Below, piece after piece: positions 51,135-60,529 of a DNA stretch of 64,000 nt. The position numbers and the translations under genes were made by a program. The stretch lies in the NCBI GenBank assembly GCA_963823655.1, contig CAWGMK010000013.1, positions 288,001 to 352,000 on the forward strand. Reading direction: 5' to 3'. The notes under the pieces are model-generated. The model saw only the letters and a program-made list of their open reading frames with translations. It was not told the origin of the DNA and searched no databases. Positions within the stretch are counted from its first letter, which is position 1; every line of letters starts with the position of its first letter. Origin of the DNA: an uncultured Bacillota bacterium. Lineage in GTDB: Bacteria; Bacillota; DTU025; MWDF01.

Positions 51135-51950
51135 TCAGATGAGCTCGTGTGATTGGGCGACTACTCTTGAGACTTCCTTTTCTATATCCTCAAGCCCCGA
51201 AAGGCCTGATCCCTTGCCTCCCAGCAGCATCAGGTACTCGATATTTCCCTCCGGCCCTTTCACCGGCGAGTAGGTAAGCCCGCCCACGGTCATGCCCAGC
51301 GCCGAAGCGCCTGCCGCGGCATCCCTTAACACTTGCGAATGCACCAGAGGGTCCCTGACGACCCCGTTCTTGCCTACATTCTCCCTGCCCGCCTCAAACT
51401 GCGGCTTCACAAGTATTACGCAGGTGAGCTCATCCGAGCCGACCTTCATCACTGCAGGCAGGACCTTCTGGAATGAGATGAACGATACGTCCATCGAAGC
51501 GAAGCTTATCCCCGGCTCGAAATTCGCAGGGTCCAGGTACCTGGCATTGGTGCGCTCCATGACTACGACCCTCGGGTCCTCCCTGAGCTTCCACGCAAGC
51601 TGCCCGTAACCCACATCCACCGCATATACCTTGCTTGCGCCGTTTTGGAGCATGCAGTCAGTAAACCCGCCTGTGGAGGCCCCTATGTCCATGGCGATTC
51701 TCCCATTCAGGTCGAGCCCGAACTCCGCAATCGCCTTTTCCAGCTTCAACCCCCCGCGCGATACATACCTTAGCGCAGAACCCGTCGATTCTATGACTGA
51801 GTCCTCATGTACTGATTCGCCCGGCTTGTCTCTCATCTGGCCGTCTACTTTGATAAGGCCAGCTTGTATGAGGCGCCTTGCGTCCTCCCTGCTTTGGGCA
51901 AGCGATCTTTCGAAAACCAGCAAGTCGAGCCTCTTCTTATTCTGAGCCAT
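51135..51950 (-). CDS. tlyA: TlyA family rRNA 2'-O-methyltransferase
   Basis: S4 domain, YVSRGGLKL, DIGASTGGFTD, DVSFIS and KPQFEAG. Confidence 0.95.
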   Translation of the reverse strand: MAQNKKRLDLLVFERSLAQSREDARRLIQAGLIKVDGQMRDKPGESVHEDSVIESTGSALRYVSRGGLKLEKAIAEFGLDLNGRIAMDIGASTGGFTDCMLQNGASKVYAVDVGYGQLAWKLREDPRVVVMERTNARYLDPANFEPGISFASMDVSFISFQKVLPAVMKVGSDELTCVILVKPQFEAGRENVGKNGVVRDPLVHSQVLRDAAAGASALGMTVGGLTYSPVKGPEGNIEYLMLLGGKGSGLSGLEDIEKEVSRVVAQSHELI

Positions 51951-53836
51951 TCGAAATAGGCCCTCCTTGCAGGAGCTTTCGTGCCATTGCCGCTATGCCT
52001 TCGGCATCTAGCCCTAATTTTTGAAGGACATCCTGCCTTTTGCCGTGTCCGATTGGCTCCTCCGGCATGCCCATCGGGATGATGGTTGCAGAATTGGCGC
52101 CATCTTTCTCGAGCGTCACTGCCGAGAACAGGCCGCCCCTGGAAACGCCCTCCTCAACGGTCAAAACGATTCTGTGAGTCCTAAGCACCTTCGTGACAAC
52201 GCCGCTATCCAGCGGTTTTACGGACCGCACATTGATTACCGTCGGTTCTACGCCATCGCCCTTTAGAAGCAGAGCCGCTTTCATTGCCTCCTTGGCCATG
52301 CTGCCGGCAGCGATTATCGCGATGCCCTTTCCCTGTTGCATAATCTCGGCTTTTCCGGGCCTGAAACGGTTCGGCGGCAGAAGCTGCGACCGAGGCAATT
52401 GCTTCGGCAGCGGCCTTGGGATATCTGATCAGGACAGGCCCCTTCGCCTCTTCTATTGCCCAATGCATCATATCGGCAAGCTCTGTGCCGTCCTTGGGAG
52501 CTAGCACTGTAAAGCCCGGCAGCGCGCAGGCAAGCGACATGTCATATGCGCCCTGGTGCGTCGCCCCGTCCTCGCCGACTACGCCCGCCCTGTCGATGCA
52601 GAAAACCACATGAAGCCCCTGCAAAGCGACGTCGTGTACCATCTGGTCATATGCCCTTTGCAGGAATGTCGAGTAAAGGGCCACTACCGGCACCGCACCC
52701 ATTACCGCAAGGCCGGACGCGAATGTGACGGCATGCTGCTCGGCTATGCCCACATCGAAGTATCTGCCCGGGAACCTGGCCGCAAAGCCCTTCAGCCCTG
52801 TTCCCGACTGCATAGCGGCGGTTATGGCCACTATCCTCATATCCTTTGAGGCAAGCTCCTCGATCTTCTTTGCGAAGACGTCTGTGAAGCTCGTCGCCCC
52901 GTTGCCCAGCTTGATTCCCGTGGCAGGGTCGAACGGGCCCGTGCCGTGGTAGCTATCTGGATCCGCTTCCGCAAATGCGTAGCCCTTGCCCTTCTTCGTA
53001 ACGGCGTGTATGAGCACCGGGCCTCCCAGCTTTTTCGCGTCGCTTATGGCATTTCTCATAAGCTTGATGTTGTGCCCGTCAAGAGGCCCTATGTAGGTGA
53101 AACCCATGTCCTCGAACAGCATCTTGGGAAGAAGCAGGCCCTTCAAAGACCTCTTGATTAGATGCCCGGCCTGCCTGAGGGCGTCGCCTGCGACTGGAAC
53201 GCTGGACAGCATCTGCTTAAGCCCGCTTTCGAACTTGCGCCTTCCCGGGGAGAAGCGCACCCTGCTCAGAAACTCCGAGATGCTTCCCGTGTTATTGGAT
53301 ATCGCCATCTCATTGTCGTTCAGGATGACGATCAAGTCCTCCTTCAGGGTGCCGGCATTGTTCATCGCTTCATAGGCCATGCCCCCGGTAAGAGCGCCAT
53401 CACCGATTACGGCTGCCACGCTGTACTTGGCACCGGAGATCCTCCTTGCGACGGCAAGCCCCAGCGCTGCGGACAGCGAAGTCGACGCATGCCCGGTCCC
53501 GAAGCAGTCGGCGTTGCACTCTTTAAGCGTGGGAAAGCCCGAAGGCCCACCTTCGCATCTAATATTCTTAAGCTGCTCTTTGCGCCCGGTGAACATCTTA
53601 AAAGCATAGGACTGATGCCCGACATCCCAGACTATCCTGTCCGAATCCGGGTCCAGCTCGGAAAGAAGCGCCAGAGTGATCTCGACGGTGCCCAGGTTGG
53701 AGGCAAGGTGCCCGCCGCTTCCGGCAACGCATGAGATTATATAGGCTCTTACCTCCTCGGCAAGGGCTTTCTGCTCATTATTATCAAGTGCGGCGATTTC
53801 CTTGTGCCCGCTTACGCGATCCAGAAGGCCGCCCAT
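51937..53836 (-). CDS. dxs: 1-deoxy-D-xylulose-5-phosphate synthase (indel near 52390)
   Basis: GGHLASNLG, DVGHQ, GDGALTGG, DVGIAEQHA and DRAGVVGEDGATHQG; C-terminal domain in the next frame. Confidence 0.95.
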
Positions 53837-53837
53837 T

Positions 53838-54392
53838 TCAACGCCTCCCGCTTTCACCCTTTTTCCTGAGGAAGGACGGTACTAAGCCCTTTGCGTAGGC
53901 GATTAGCTTGCCTGCGAGCAATATCACCGGCTCCGCCTCGCTCATGGCGAAGCTCTTGGAGATGTACTTTAAAGTCACCGTAGTCGTTGTGACGACTGCC
54001 ACAGTGATTGCAAACATCAAAGTCACGTTCAAATCGAAGAAATCGGCAAGCGCAGATGCTGAAGCTCCAGCTAGCGCGCCGCTTAGAGTGCCGCACACAT
54101 CCCCGACTATATCATTGCAGAAGTTGGCAACCTGGGGGGCGTTTCTAACTAGCCTGAGAGCCTCGGCGCCGCCTTTGATCTTCCTCGACGCGACTGCATT
54201 GATCGGAGGCTCGGTCGCCGCGGCGACGGCTGTGCCCACTATGTCGAAAGCAACCCCGGTCAGCACGACCAGAAGGAGGAATATCAAGGAAAGAGGCAGC
54301 GAGATGTCCTTTGCGGATCCCGCACCCATGTTAAGCAGAAAAGCGATTATTAGCACGCCCAGGGCGATTCTAACAGCAGTCCTCGTCTTCAA
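53838..54392 (-). CDS. oapA: OLE-associated protein A (membrane protein)
   Basis: Multi-TM protein directly downstream of the OLE-like RNA and upstream of dxs. Motifs FDIVGTAV and ANFCNDIVGDVCG (DxxxD). Confidence 0.88.
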   Translation of the reverse strand: MKTRTAVRIALGVLIIAFLLNMGAGSAKDISLPLSLIFLLLVVLTGVAFDIVGTAVAAATEPPINAVASRKIKGGAEALRLVRNAPQVANFCNDIVGDVCGTLSGALAGASASALADFFDLNVTLMFAITVAVVTTTTVTLKYISKSFAMSEAEPVILLAGKLIAYAKGLVPSFLRKKGESGRR

Positions 54393-54438
54393 AGCGCACC
54401 TTCCCTTTAGAATGGGGCCCGGCCGAAGCCGGGCCAAA

Positions 54439-55030
54439 TCGCAAGTGGCAGCATCGCAGGTAAATACTGTGACTTAGGTCCAGTAGGTTTTCCCACCTGT
54501 ACACCTCCTCGTCGCCGAAAGGCGGTTTCCCTTTACGACAGGCTCCCTGCGTCACCGGCAGGGCGACTGGATTGCCACTTAGTTCACACTGCAATCCCTG
54601 CGAAACCAAGCATCCTAGGAGTTTTCCTCAACAGCCCTTAGGGCGGTCCTTAGCCTCTTTTGCAGTTACGGTTTCGGCCCGAACCCTTAGCCGTGGCCGC
54701 GGCGTCGGGCAGGGCTATCCCCCGCATCCGCTTCAAGGCAGGCTACGCTGCATCCAGCGCTTCCTCATACAGACGGGTCGCGCACCGGATTGCAGGTTAA
54801 CCCCAAGCCGTGGGTCTGTTTTCTGTATGGCCCACGTGTTTGGGCCTCCACGTCGCCAGGGTCAACGCCCACATGCCATTGCGGATCGCCCTGGAGACTA
54901 TCCTCCTGCACAAACCCCGGACTGGGCGTCTCGGAGCCCGCACAAGAGGCTTCATCGATGTGCCCTCAACGGAATTTTAACCCCGTTTTCAGGACAGCCG
55001 TGACTGACTAGGATAATGCGCCACCTGCAA
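54439..55030 (-). ncRNA. ole: OLE RNA (ornate, large, extremophilic), about 590 nt
   Basis: Non-coding gap between ispA/DUF212 and oapA-dxs-tlyA-nadK-argR-recN. It carries OLE-type blocks (CTAGTCAG, AGGGCACATCGATGAAG, GGGCGATCCGCAATGGCATGTGGGCGTTGACCC, GTAGCCTGCCTTGA, GAGGAAAACTCCTAG, GGGAAAACCTACTGGACCTAAG), and its ends are complementary. Confidence 0.92.
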
Positions 55031-55040
55031 TATATATATA

Positions 55041-55478
55041 TCACAATTTGAGCAGTAATGCAGACACGATGACGCCAAGGGCGAGCCCCGCCACTATTTC
55101 CACCATCTCATGTCCCTGGTAATCGCCTATATCCGGATATTTGGCCTTGAACTGCTCCTCGCCGAACAGCTTGATGGCGATCTCCCTTAGCAGCCTGCTC
55201 TGCCTGTGGAATTCCGCCCTCATGCCCATCGCGTCGTAGCTCACGATGACCGCCAACGCAAGTGCCGTGATAAATTCGATGCTCGATGTGCCGTGGATTA
55301 TGCCGGCGCAGAAAGTAAGCGACGATACAAGTGCGGCGTGGGCCGACGGCATGCCGCCGGTCTTCATGGCCCTTCCAGCGAAGAAGTCGCCGTTTTTGAT
55401 TTTCGATATCAGGAACTTCAGAAACTGCGCGGCAAGCCATGATAGAAGTACTGCGAAGAAAGCCCTGTTGCCTGCCAT
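55041..55478 (-). CDS. Divergent PAP2 family (DUF212/YuiD-like) membrane protein
   Basis: AQFLK, TGGMPSAHAA, YDAMGMR and GH motifs; own RBS (GGGGG) before ATG 55478. Confidence 0.88.
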   Translation of the reverse strand: MAGNRAFFAVLLSWLAAQFLKFLISKIKNGDFFAGRAMKTGGMPSAHAALVSSLTFCAGIIHGTSSIEFITALALAVIVSYDAMGMRAEFHRQSRLLREIAIKLFGEEQFKAKYPDIGDYQGHEMVEIVAGLALGVIVSALLLKL

Positions 55479-55489
55479 GCCGATACCCC

Positions 55490-56369
55490 CTAATCCTGTA
55501 GTAAGCCTACGGCGGCCATAATAGCGTCTTTCCTGCCGGGCATCCGTGAAATTATCGATTCTGGAGCTGTCCAGCAGCGCGGATAGCCTCTGCTTCGCCC
55601 CTTCGAGGCCGTAAGCGGCAACGTAAGTGAATTTTCCCTGTAAGAGGTCCTTGCCTGCCGTCTTGCCCATCTCCTCTGAGGTAGACGTCGCATCAAGGAT
55701 GTCGTCCCTGACCTGGAAAGCCATGCCTATTGAGCTTCCCAAAGCTGTAGCATCCGACACATCGGCGCCAGAAATCAAGGCGCCTGCATGGCAGCAATAC
55801 CTTATTAGGGCCCCCGTCTTCATATTGTGCATTGTCATAAGCTCATCTTCGGTTTCGGCTGCGCACTCCAGGTCCAATGCCTGACCGCCGGCCATGCCCG
55901 AAAGGCCGATGGCCTCAGCCAACCCCGCCGCAAGCTCCAAAGCCAGCGCCGCCCCCGCCGTTTGGGCGTATGATTTTGAACAAAGCACCTCGAAAGCCCT
56001 GCTTTGAAGGGCATCTCCCGCAAGGATCGCGAGCCCCTCCCCGAAGGCCTTGTGATTGGACGGCCTGCCCCTTCTCATGTCGTCGTCATCCATCGCGGGC
56101 AAGTCGTCATGAATCAGCGAATATGTGTGCACCAGCTCGACAGCGCAAGAAGGCACTGCTGCTAAGGCAAGGTCCCCGCCGTAGACGTCGGTCATGGCAT
56201 GGATGAGATAGGGCCTGTACCGCTTTCCTCCCACGCTAACGCTGTAAGACATCGCCTCTGCAAGCCTTAAAGCCGTAGAGCCGCCATTTGATAGCGCATC
56301 ATTCAGGGCCTTTTGGAAAGGGCTTCCCTCACCCAGCCAGGCATCGTACATGGGAAGGGGAAGGCTCAT
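55490..56369 (-). CDS. ispA: Geranyltranstransferase / FPP synthase (indel near 55560)
   Basis: GGKRYRP, SLIHDDLPAMDDDDMRRG, GGQALD, KTGAL and FQVRDDILD. Confidence 0.94.
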
Positions 56370-56605
56370 CTTGCCGCCTCTTTCTCGTCAAGGGGGGCAA
56401 GCCTGCCGTCAGGGCCGATCAGCTTAACCTTCTCCTCTGCCCTGTCGAGTATGGCCCGGACCGCCGCAATGAGCGTATACCCCTCCTCATAAAGGGACAT
56501 CGCCTCCTCGATCGGCACATCCTTGCTCTCCATCTTCTCCACAATATCGGAGAGCCTCTCCATCATCTCTTCGAAGGACCTCTCCGTCTGCTTTCTCTTG
56601 GGCAA
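56366..56605 (-). CDS. xseB: Exodeoxyribonuclease VII small subunit
   Basis: SFEEMMERLSDIV...YEEG...LDRAEEKV. Confidence 0.9.
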   Translation of the reverse strand: MPKRKQTERSFEEMMERLSDIVEKMESKDVPIEEAMSLYEEGYTLIAAVRAILDRAEEKVKLIGPDGRLAPLDEKEAAR

Positions 56606-56628
56606 ACCGTCCACCTCCGTAAATCTTG

Positions 56629-57888
56629 CTATGAAGGGTCGCTCTCTCTTACCGTACATCCGAGGAAGCCTTTGTGAAGCCTCACTCCGACGCTTGCGCC
56701 TGACTTCGCCTGCCTGGAATCCCTCACGACGCTTCCGTCCGGCAGCGTACAGACAGAATAGCCGCGCCTAAGGATGGCGTCCGGGTTCAATGCCTCTACC
56801 GAAACGCGCCTTGAATTGAGCATGGCTTTGGCTTTTTCGACCATTCTCGTCATCGAAGAGCGCAAGCTGTAGGAGAAATCATCCATGGCCTGCCTTCTGA
56901 TCTCTATCATATCCATGGGCCTTGCCATCGGGCCTTTCTGTGATAGGGCCGCGAGAGTCGACCTGCGGCTTGCGATTTCGTCATCCATCCTCGATCTGAG
57001 CCTTCTTGAGACGCCGGCAAGCGCTGAGGCTATTGCCGCGGCGTCCGGTATCGTAAGCTCCGCCGCATTGCTGGGGGTCGATGCCCTCAAATCGGCGACG
57101 TAATCCGCAATGGTGATGTCGATTTCGTGTCCGATGCCCGTCACTACGGGCTTTTTCATAGAAGATATCGCCCTTGCCAGGCCCTCATCGTTGAAGCACC
57201 ACAGATCCTCCGATGAGCCGCCTCCCCTAACAATTGCTACAAGGTCGGCGCTTTGCAAGCCGTCAGCCTGCCTGAGCGCACTTATAATGCTTGCCGGCGC
57301 GCTATTGCCCTGCATGGTAGCCGGCACGATTGTGATTTTCAGGCCCTTCCACCTGGCCCTGGCGACTTTTACGAAGTCCTTTGCCGCGGCGGAGGATGCA
57401 GATGTGACCAAAGCCACCTCGCTTACGAAAGACGGCATGGGCAACTTTTTGGACTGGTCCATGAGCCCCTCATCGGCGAGCTTCTTTTTAAGCTTCAGGA
57501 AGGCGGCGTATTTCGCGCCTTCGCCCGCGGGCCTCATAGCCTGGACTACTATCTGGTAAACGCCATTGGCCTCATATACCCTTATATCACCGAAGGCTAC
57601 CACAAGCATACCGCTCTCAGGGATGAAACCGCTCGCCGCCTGCTTTGCCGCGCTGGAGCGCCACATGACGGCCTTAAGCTGGCTTTTATCGTCCTTGAGG
57701 CTGAAGTACCAATGTCCAGAGTCATAGCGCCTTAGATCCGAGACTTCGCCTAGCACGGAAATGCCTGCCAGGTCCGGTTCGGATTTTATCAGAGCCGATA
57801 TGCGCCCGTTTACCTCGCTTACGGTAACTGGCGGCATCTCCTGCTGTTCCAATAGCTCGCCATCCTCGATGTAGGTTCTCATCTCCAC
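56629..57888 (-). CDS. xseA: Exodeoxyribonuclease VII large subunit
   Basis: SGHWYFSLKD, RGGGSSEDLWCFN, GIGHEID, TPSNAAE and LRRGYS. Confidence 0.95.
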   Translation of the reverse strand: MEMRTYIEDGELLEQQEMPPVTVSEVNGRISALIKSEPDLAGISVLGEVSDLRRYDSGHWYFSLKDDKSQLKAVMWRSSAAKQAASGFIPESGMLVVAFGDIRVYEANGVYQIVVQAMRPAGEGAKYAAFLKLKKKLADEGLMDQSKKLPMPSFVSEVALVTSASSAAAKDFVKVARARWKGLKITIVPATMQGNSAPASIISALRQADGLQSADLVAIVRGGGSSEDLWCFNDEGLARAISSMKKPVVTGIGHEIDITIADYVADLRASTPSNAAELTIPDAAAIASALAGVSRRLRSRMDDEIASRRSTLAALSQKGPMARPMDMIEIRRQAMDDFSYSLRSSMTRMVEKAKAMLNSRRVSVEALNPDAILRRGYSVCTLPDGSVVRDSRQAKSGASVGVRLHKGFLGCTVRESDPS

Positions 57889-58820
57889 AGCTCCCCCAGG
57901 TAGGCGACTCCTACTGCATTATCCGTCGAAAGTCCCCCGTCTCCAAAGAGCGTCTCTATGCCTCGCGAGCCCAGTTCCTCCGAAAGGCCGTTCCTAACCC
58001 TGCTGTTGGAAGCCACACCTCCCACGACCAGCACAGTCGAAAGCCCGCTTGCCTCAGAGGCTGGAATGACAGCTTTGGATATGCTGCGCACAACACAGTC
58101 GAGCACTGCCCTTGCCACCTCACTCGGCTCCACACCGTTTTTCAGGCCTCTTGAAGCCGCTTCGCACGGCCCCGAGAAGCTGATTTTGCCGTTTCTTACC
58201 GAGGAGGGCAGCCTGAAATCCGAGGGGCCCTGCTGCATTGCCAGAAGCTCAAGCCCGGGTCCTGCCGGAAACGGGATCCCAATCGAGGTTCCCACCCTGT
58301 CTATCATCTGCCCGGCTGAGATGTCGGTAGTGCTTGCCAGCGGTTCTATATGCATGGAATCTTCATACCAGGCCACTTCCAGCACTTCGGTGGTGCCACC
58401 GGATATGTGCACTGCCAGGAATGAATCTCCGGGAGAGAGCCCGGAATCAGGTGCGCACGCTGCAATGTGCCCCTCCTGGTGGCTTACTTCTATGAGCGGT
58501 GCTCCCAGGCTTGACGCCATAGCAGCAGCGAAACCCCTTCCCGCGTTGAACACGGGCATATAGGAGCCCTCGGCCCTTCTGGGCCAGGCGCTTGCCGCGA
58601 TCGAGTCAACTTCGATGCCAAAATGCCTTGCTTGGGAGAAAGCCTTCTCGATAAGCCCGGGAAGGTTTCTTATATGCTTGAAAAGGGCTTCGGACTGCCT
58701 GAGCCCAAGCCCGCCATGTGCTACTTCAAGTTTTTCCCTGAGGTCTACCACCAGCTCGCCGCCCTGGGTTAGGGCGACGGATGTGGTATAGCAGCTTGTA
58801 TCTATGCCTAATGTGGCCAT
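57879..58820 (-). CDS. TsaD/Kae1-like ASKHA protein (O-sialoglycoprotein endopeptidase-like paralog)
   Basis: LGIDTSCYTTS, SHQEGH, HISGGTTE, DISAGQMIDRVG and TDNAVGVA. Confidence 0.85.
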   Translation of the reverse strand: MATLGIDTSCYTTSVALTQGGELVVDLREKLEVAHGGLGLRQSEALFKHIRNLPGLIEKAFSQARHFGIEVDSIAASAWPRRAEGSYMPVFNAGRGFAAAMASSLGAPLIEVSHQEGHIAACAPDSGLSPGDSFLAVHISGGTTEVLEVAWYEDSMHIEPLASTTDISAGQMIDRVGTSIGIPFPAGPGLELLAMQQGPSDFRLPSSVRNGKISFSGPCEAASRGLKNGVEPSEVARAVLDCVVRSISKAVIPASEASGLSTVLVVGGVASNSRVRNGLSEELGSRGIETLFGDGGLSTDNAVGVAYLGELWR

Positions 58821-58832
58821 GGTGATGGCCCC

Positions 58833-59309
58833 TTACTTGGACTTTAGCTCTTCGGCCAGCTTGCCGACTATTCCGTTTATGAAGCGCGGGCTGTCCTCGC
58901 TTCCGAATGTCTTGCCCATCTCTATGGCCTCATTGATCGCAACAGCCAGGGACATGCCCTCTATATGGGTCATCTCATACACTGCGATTCTCATGATGTT
59001 GCGGTCCGTGAATGCCATCCTGTCCAGGGACCAGTCCTTGGAGATACGGGAGATCACCAGGTCTATCTCGTCGATTTCCTTTTTTACGCCCTGAATTAGC
59101 CTCTTTGCGTAATCCGTGGAAAGCTCGGATACCTCGCCCGCCACCTCCGGGGAAACCGCGTATTTATAGGCCAGCTCCTCATCGCCCCCGGACAAATCGA
59201 GCTGGAACAGCGCCCTTAGCGCGCACTCCCTGGCCTGCCTCGCCTCTTTGGGATTCATCGCCGCCTTCGAGCGGAGTTCACCGACTTCCAGCAATATAGT
59301 TTCACTCAT
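58833..59309 (-). CDS. nusB: Transcription antitermination factor NusB
   Basis: RQARECALRALFQ, WSLDRM, AINEAIE and FINGI. Confidence 0.93.
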   Translation of the reverse strand: MSETILLEVGELRSKAAMNPKEARQARECALRALFQLDLSGGDEELAYKYAVSPEVAGEVSELSTDYAKRLIQGVKKEIDEIDLVISRISKDWSLDRMAFTDRNIMRIAVYEMTHIEGMSLAVAINEAIEMGKTFGSEDSPRFINGIVGKLAEELKSK

Positions 59310-59550
59310 CCTCTCCATCGTCCTCGCCGAACATTCCGAACAGTTTGCCCAATGCCCCTTTAATCTCGGAATTGCTGTCTATTAGCACGCCGAGGACGAA
59401 GCCTATGAAGGAGAAGGCAGCTATCACCATGGCCTTCCAGAAGCCGAATATGGCCATGAAAAGGCCGAAAAGCAGGCCCAAAGCCAAGCCTGTCGCCTTG
59501 GCCGAATTCCTCTTGCTCCACCATCTTCCGAAACCGCCGTTTGAGAACAT
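59302..59550 (-). CDS. DUF2273 family small membrane protein
   Basis: Two TM helices with GFWK; conserved position between amaP and nusB. Confidence 0.8.
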   Translation of the reverse strand: MFSNGGFGRWWSKRNSAKATGLALGLLFGLFMAIFGFWKAMVIAAFSFIGFVLGVLIDSNSEIKGALGKLFGMFGEDDGEDE

Positions 59551-59575
59551 GACTTCTTTGCCTCCTTAGATGCGC

Positions 59576-60091
59576 CTAGACAGCGCTTTTGATAAATGTC
59601 CTGACGGACTTTACCGGGAAGCCGCTCTGGGCGGGAAGGGCCTCTTTGATGCGCGCCTCCAGTTTTGATGTCAGCTCGGGCAGTATTGCCCCCTTTGCCG
59701 CGGTGACCTTCAGCGTAATATCCAAGCCTTCCTTGCCCGGCTTCGCGTTCAGGGAGACGTCTTCGACGCCCTCTACCTCTTTGGCGAGGTTCTTGGCAAA
59801 GGCCTCTATCGTTCCTACTGAGACGAATATATCCCCGGTCTCAGTCGTGCGCTTCAACAGCCTGCCCATGCCCTTACTGGTCCTGAAGGCCAGCTCTAAG
59901 AGGTAGACCATCATCAGCATGACGACAACCTGGAATATGAAAGCCGCATACCAAGTTGACATAAGTATCTCGTACAACCAGTCTCCCGCGGCGTAGATCA
60001 GGCCGCCTATATGGCTGGAGAAAGCCATAAGCGACAGAACGGCCAACAGGATTGCAGCGATAAATACCATCAATCTGTCGATAAATTTCAT
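59576..60091 (-). CDS. amaP: Alkaline shock response membrane anchor AmaP
   Basis: Two N-terminal TMs plus a soluble domain (GDIFVS); asp23-amaP-DUF2273-nusB synteny. Confidence 0.78.
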   Translation of the reverse strand: MKFIDRLMVFIAAILLAVLSLMAFSSHIGGLIYAAGDWLYEILMSTWYAAFIFQVVVMLMMVYLLELAFRTSKGMGRLLKRTTETGDIFVSVGTIEAFAKNLAKEVEGVEDVSLNAKPGKEGLDITLKVTAAKGAILPELTSKLEARIKEALPAQSGFPVKSVRTFIKSAV

Positions 60092-60107
60092 TCTGTCACC
60101 TCCGAAG

Positions 60108-60500
60108 CTATTTCGTTGCCATCGCTGTCTTCATGCCGGCGGGGGCGCATCCGAAATCAACGCCTATTACGTGAACGTTGACCGTGCCCACGGTAAGGCC
60201 GAGCATGCTCTCTATGGAGCGTTTTACGTTCTGCTGAACCTTCGTGGCGACCTCCTTGATATTCTCCCCGAAGTTCACGGAAAGGCTTACGTCGCAGATC
60301 GCGTTATTGTCCTGTATCTTAACCTTGACGCCCTTTGAGATGTTCTTCTTGTTCTTGGGCCCGCTGCCAACATTGTATACGCCCTCTACCTCTATGGCGG
60401 CAAGGGCGGCAACGACGCAGATAACATCGTTGTTAATCTTTACGCCGTCGCTGGTGTAGTCGACCTCCTTGGCAGGCTTTACGGCCTTCTTCTCAGCCAC
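60108..60500 (-). CDS. Asp23/Gls24 family envelope stress protein
   Basis: VKINNDVICVVA...EVEGV, KGVKV and VQQNVK...MLGLTV..VNVHV. Confidence 0.9.
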   Translation of the reverse strand: MAEKKAVKPAKEVDYTSDGVKINNDVICVVAALAAIEVEGVYNVGSGPKNKKNISKGVKVKIQDNNAICDVSLSVNFGENIKEVATKVQQNVKRSIESMLGLTVGTVNVHVIGVDFGCAPAGMKTAMATK

Positions 60501-60529
60501 TTGTCATTCCTCCAAATCGCGAGAGTCTG

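Noticed and set aside
54370-55011. Short ORFs 54370-54609, 54572-55003 and 54790-55011
   Set aside because: No recognisable protein features, and they overlap the structured OLE RNA.
55041-56369. Apparent 442-aa IspA-DUF212 fusion in the ORF track
   Set aside because: An alternative frame gives a normal IspA C-terminus stopping at 55490, and DUF212 has its own RBS and ATG at 55478. The fusion is best explained by one indel.
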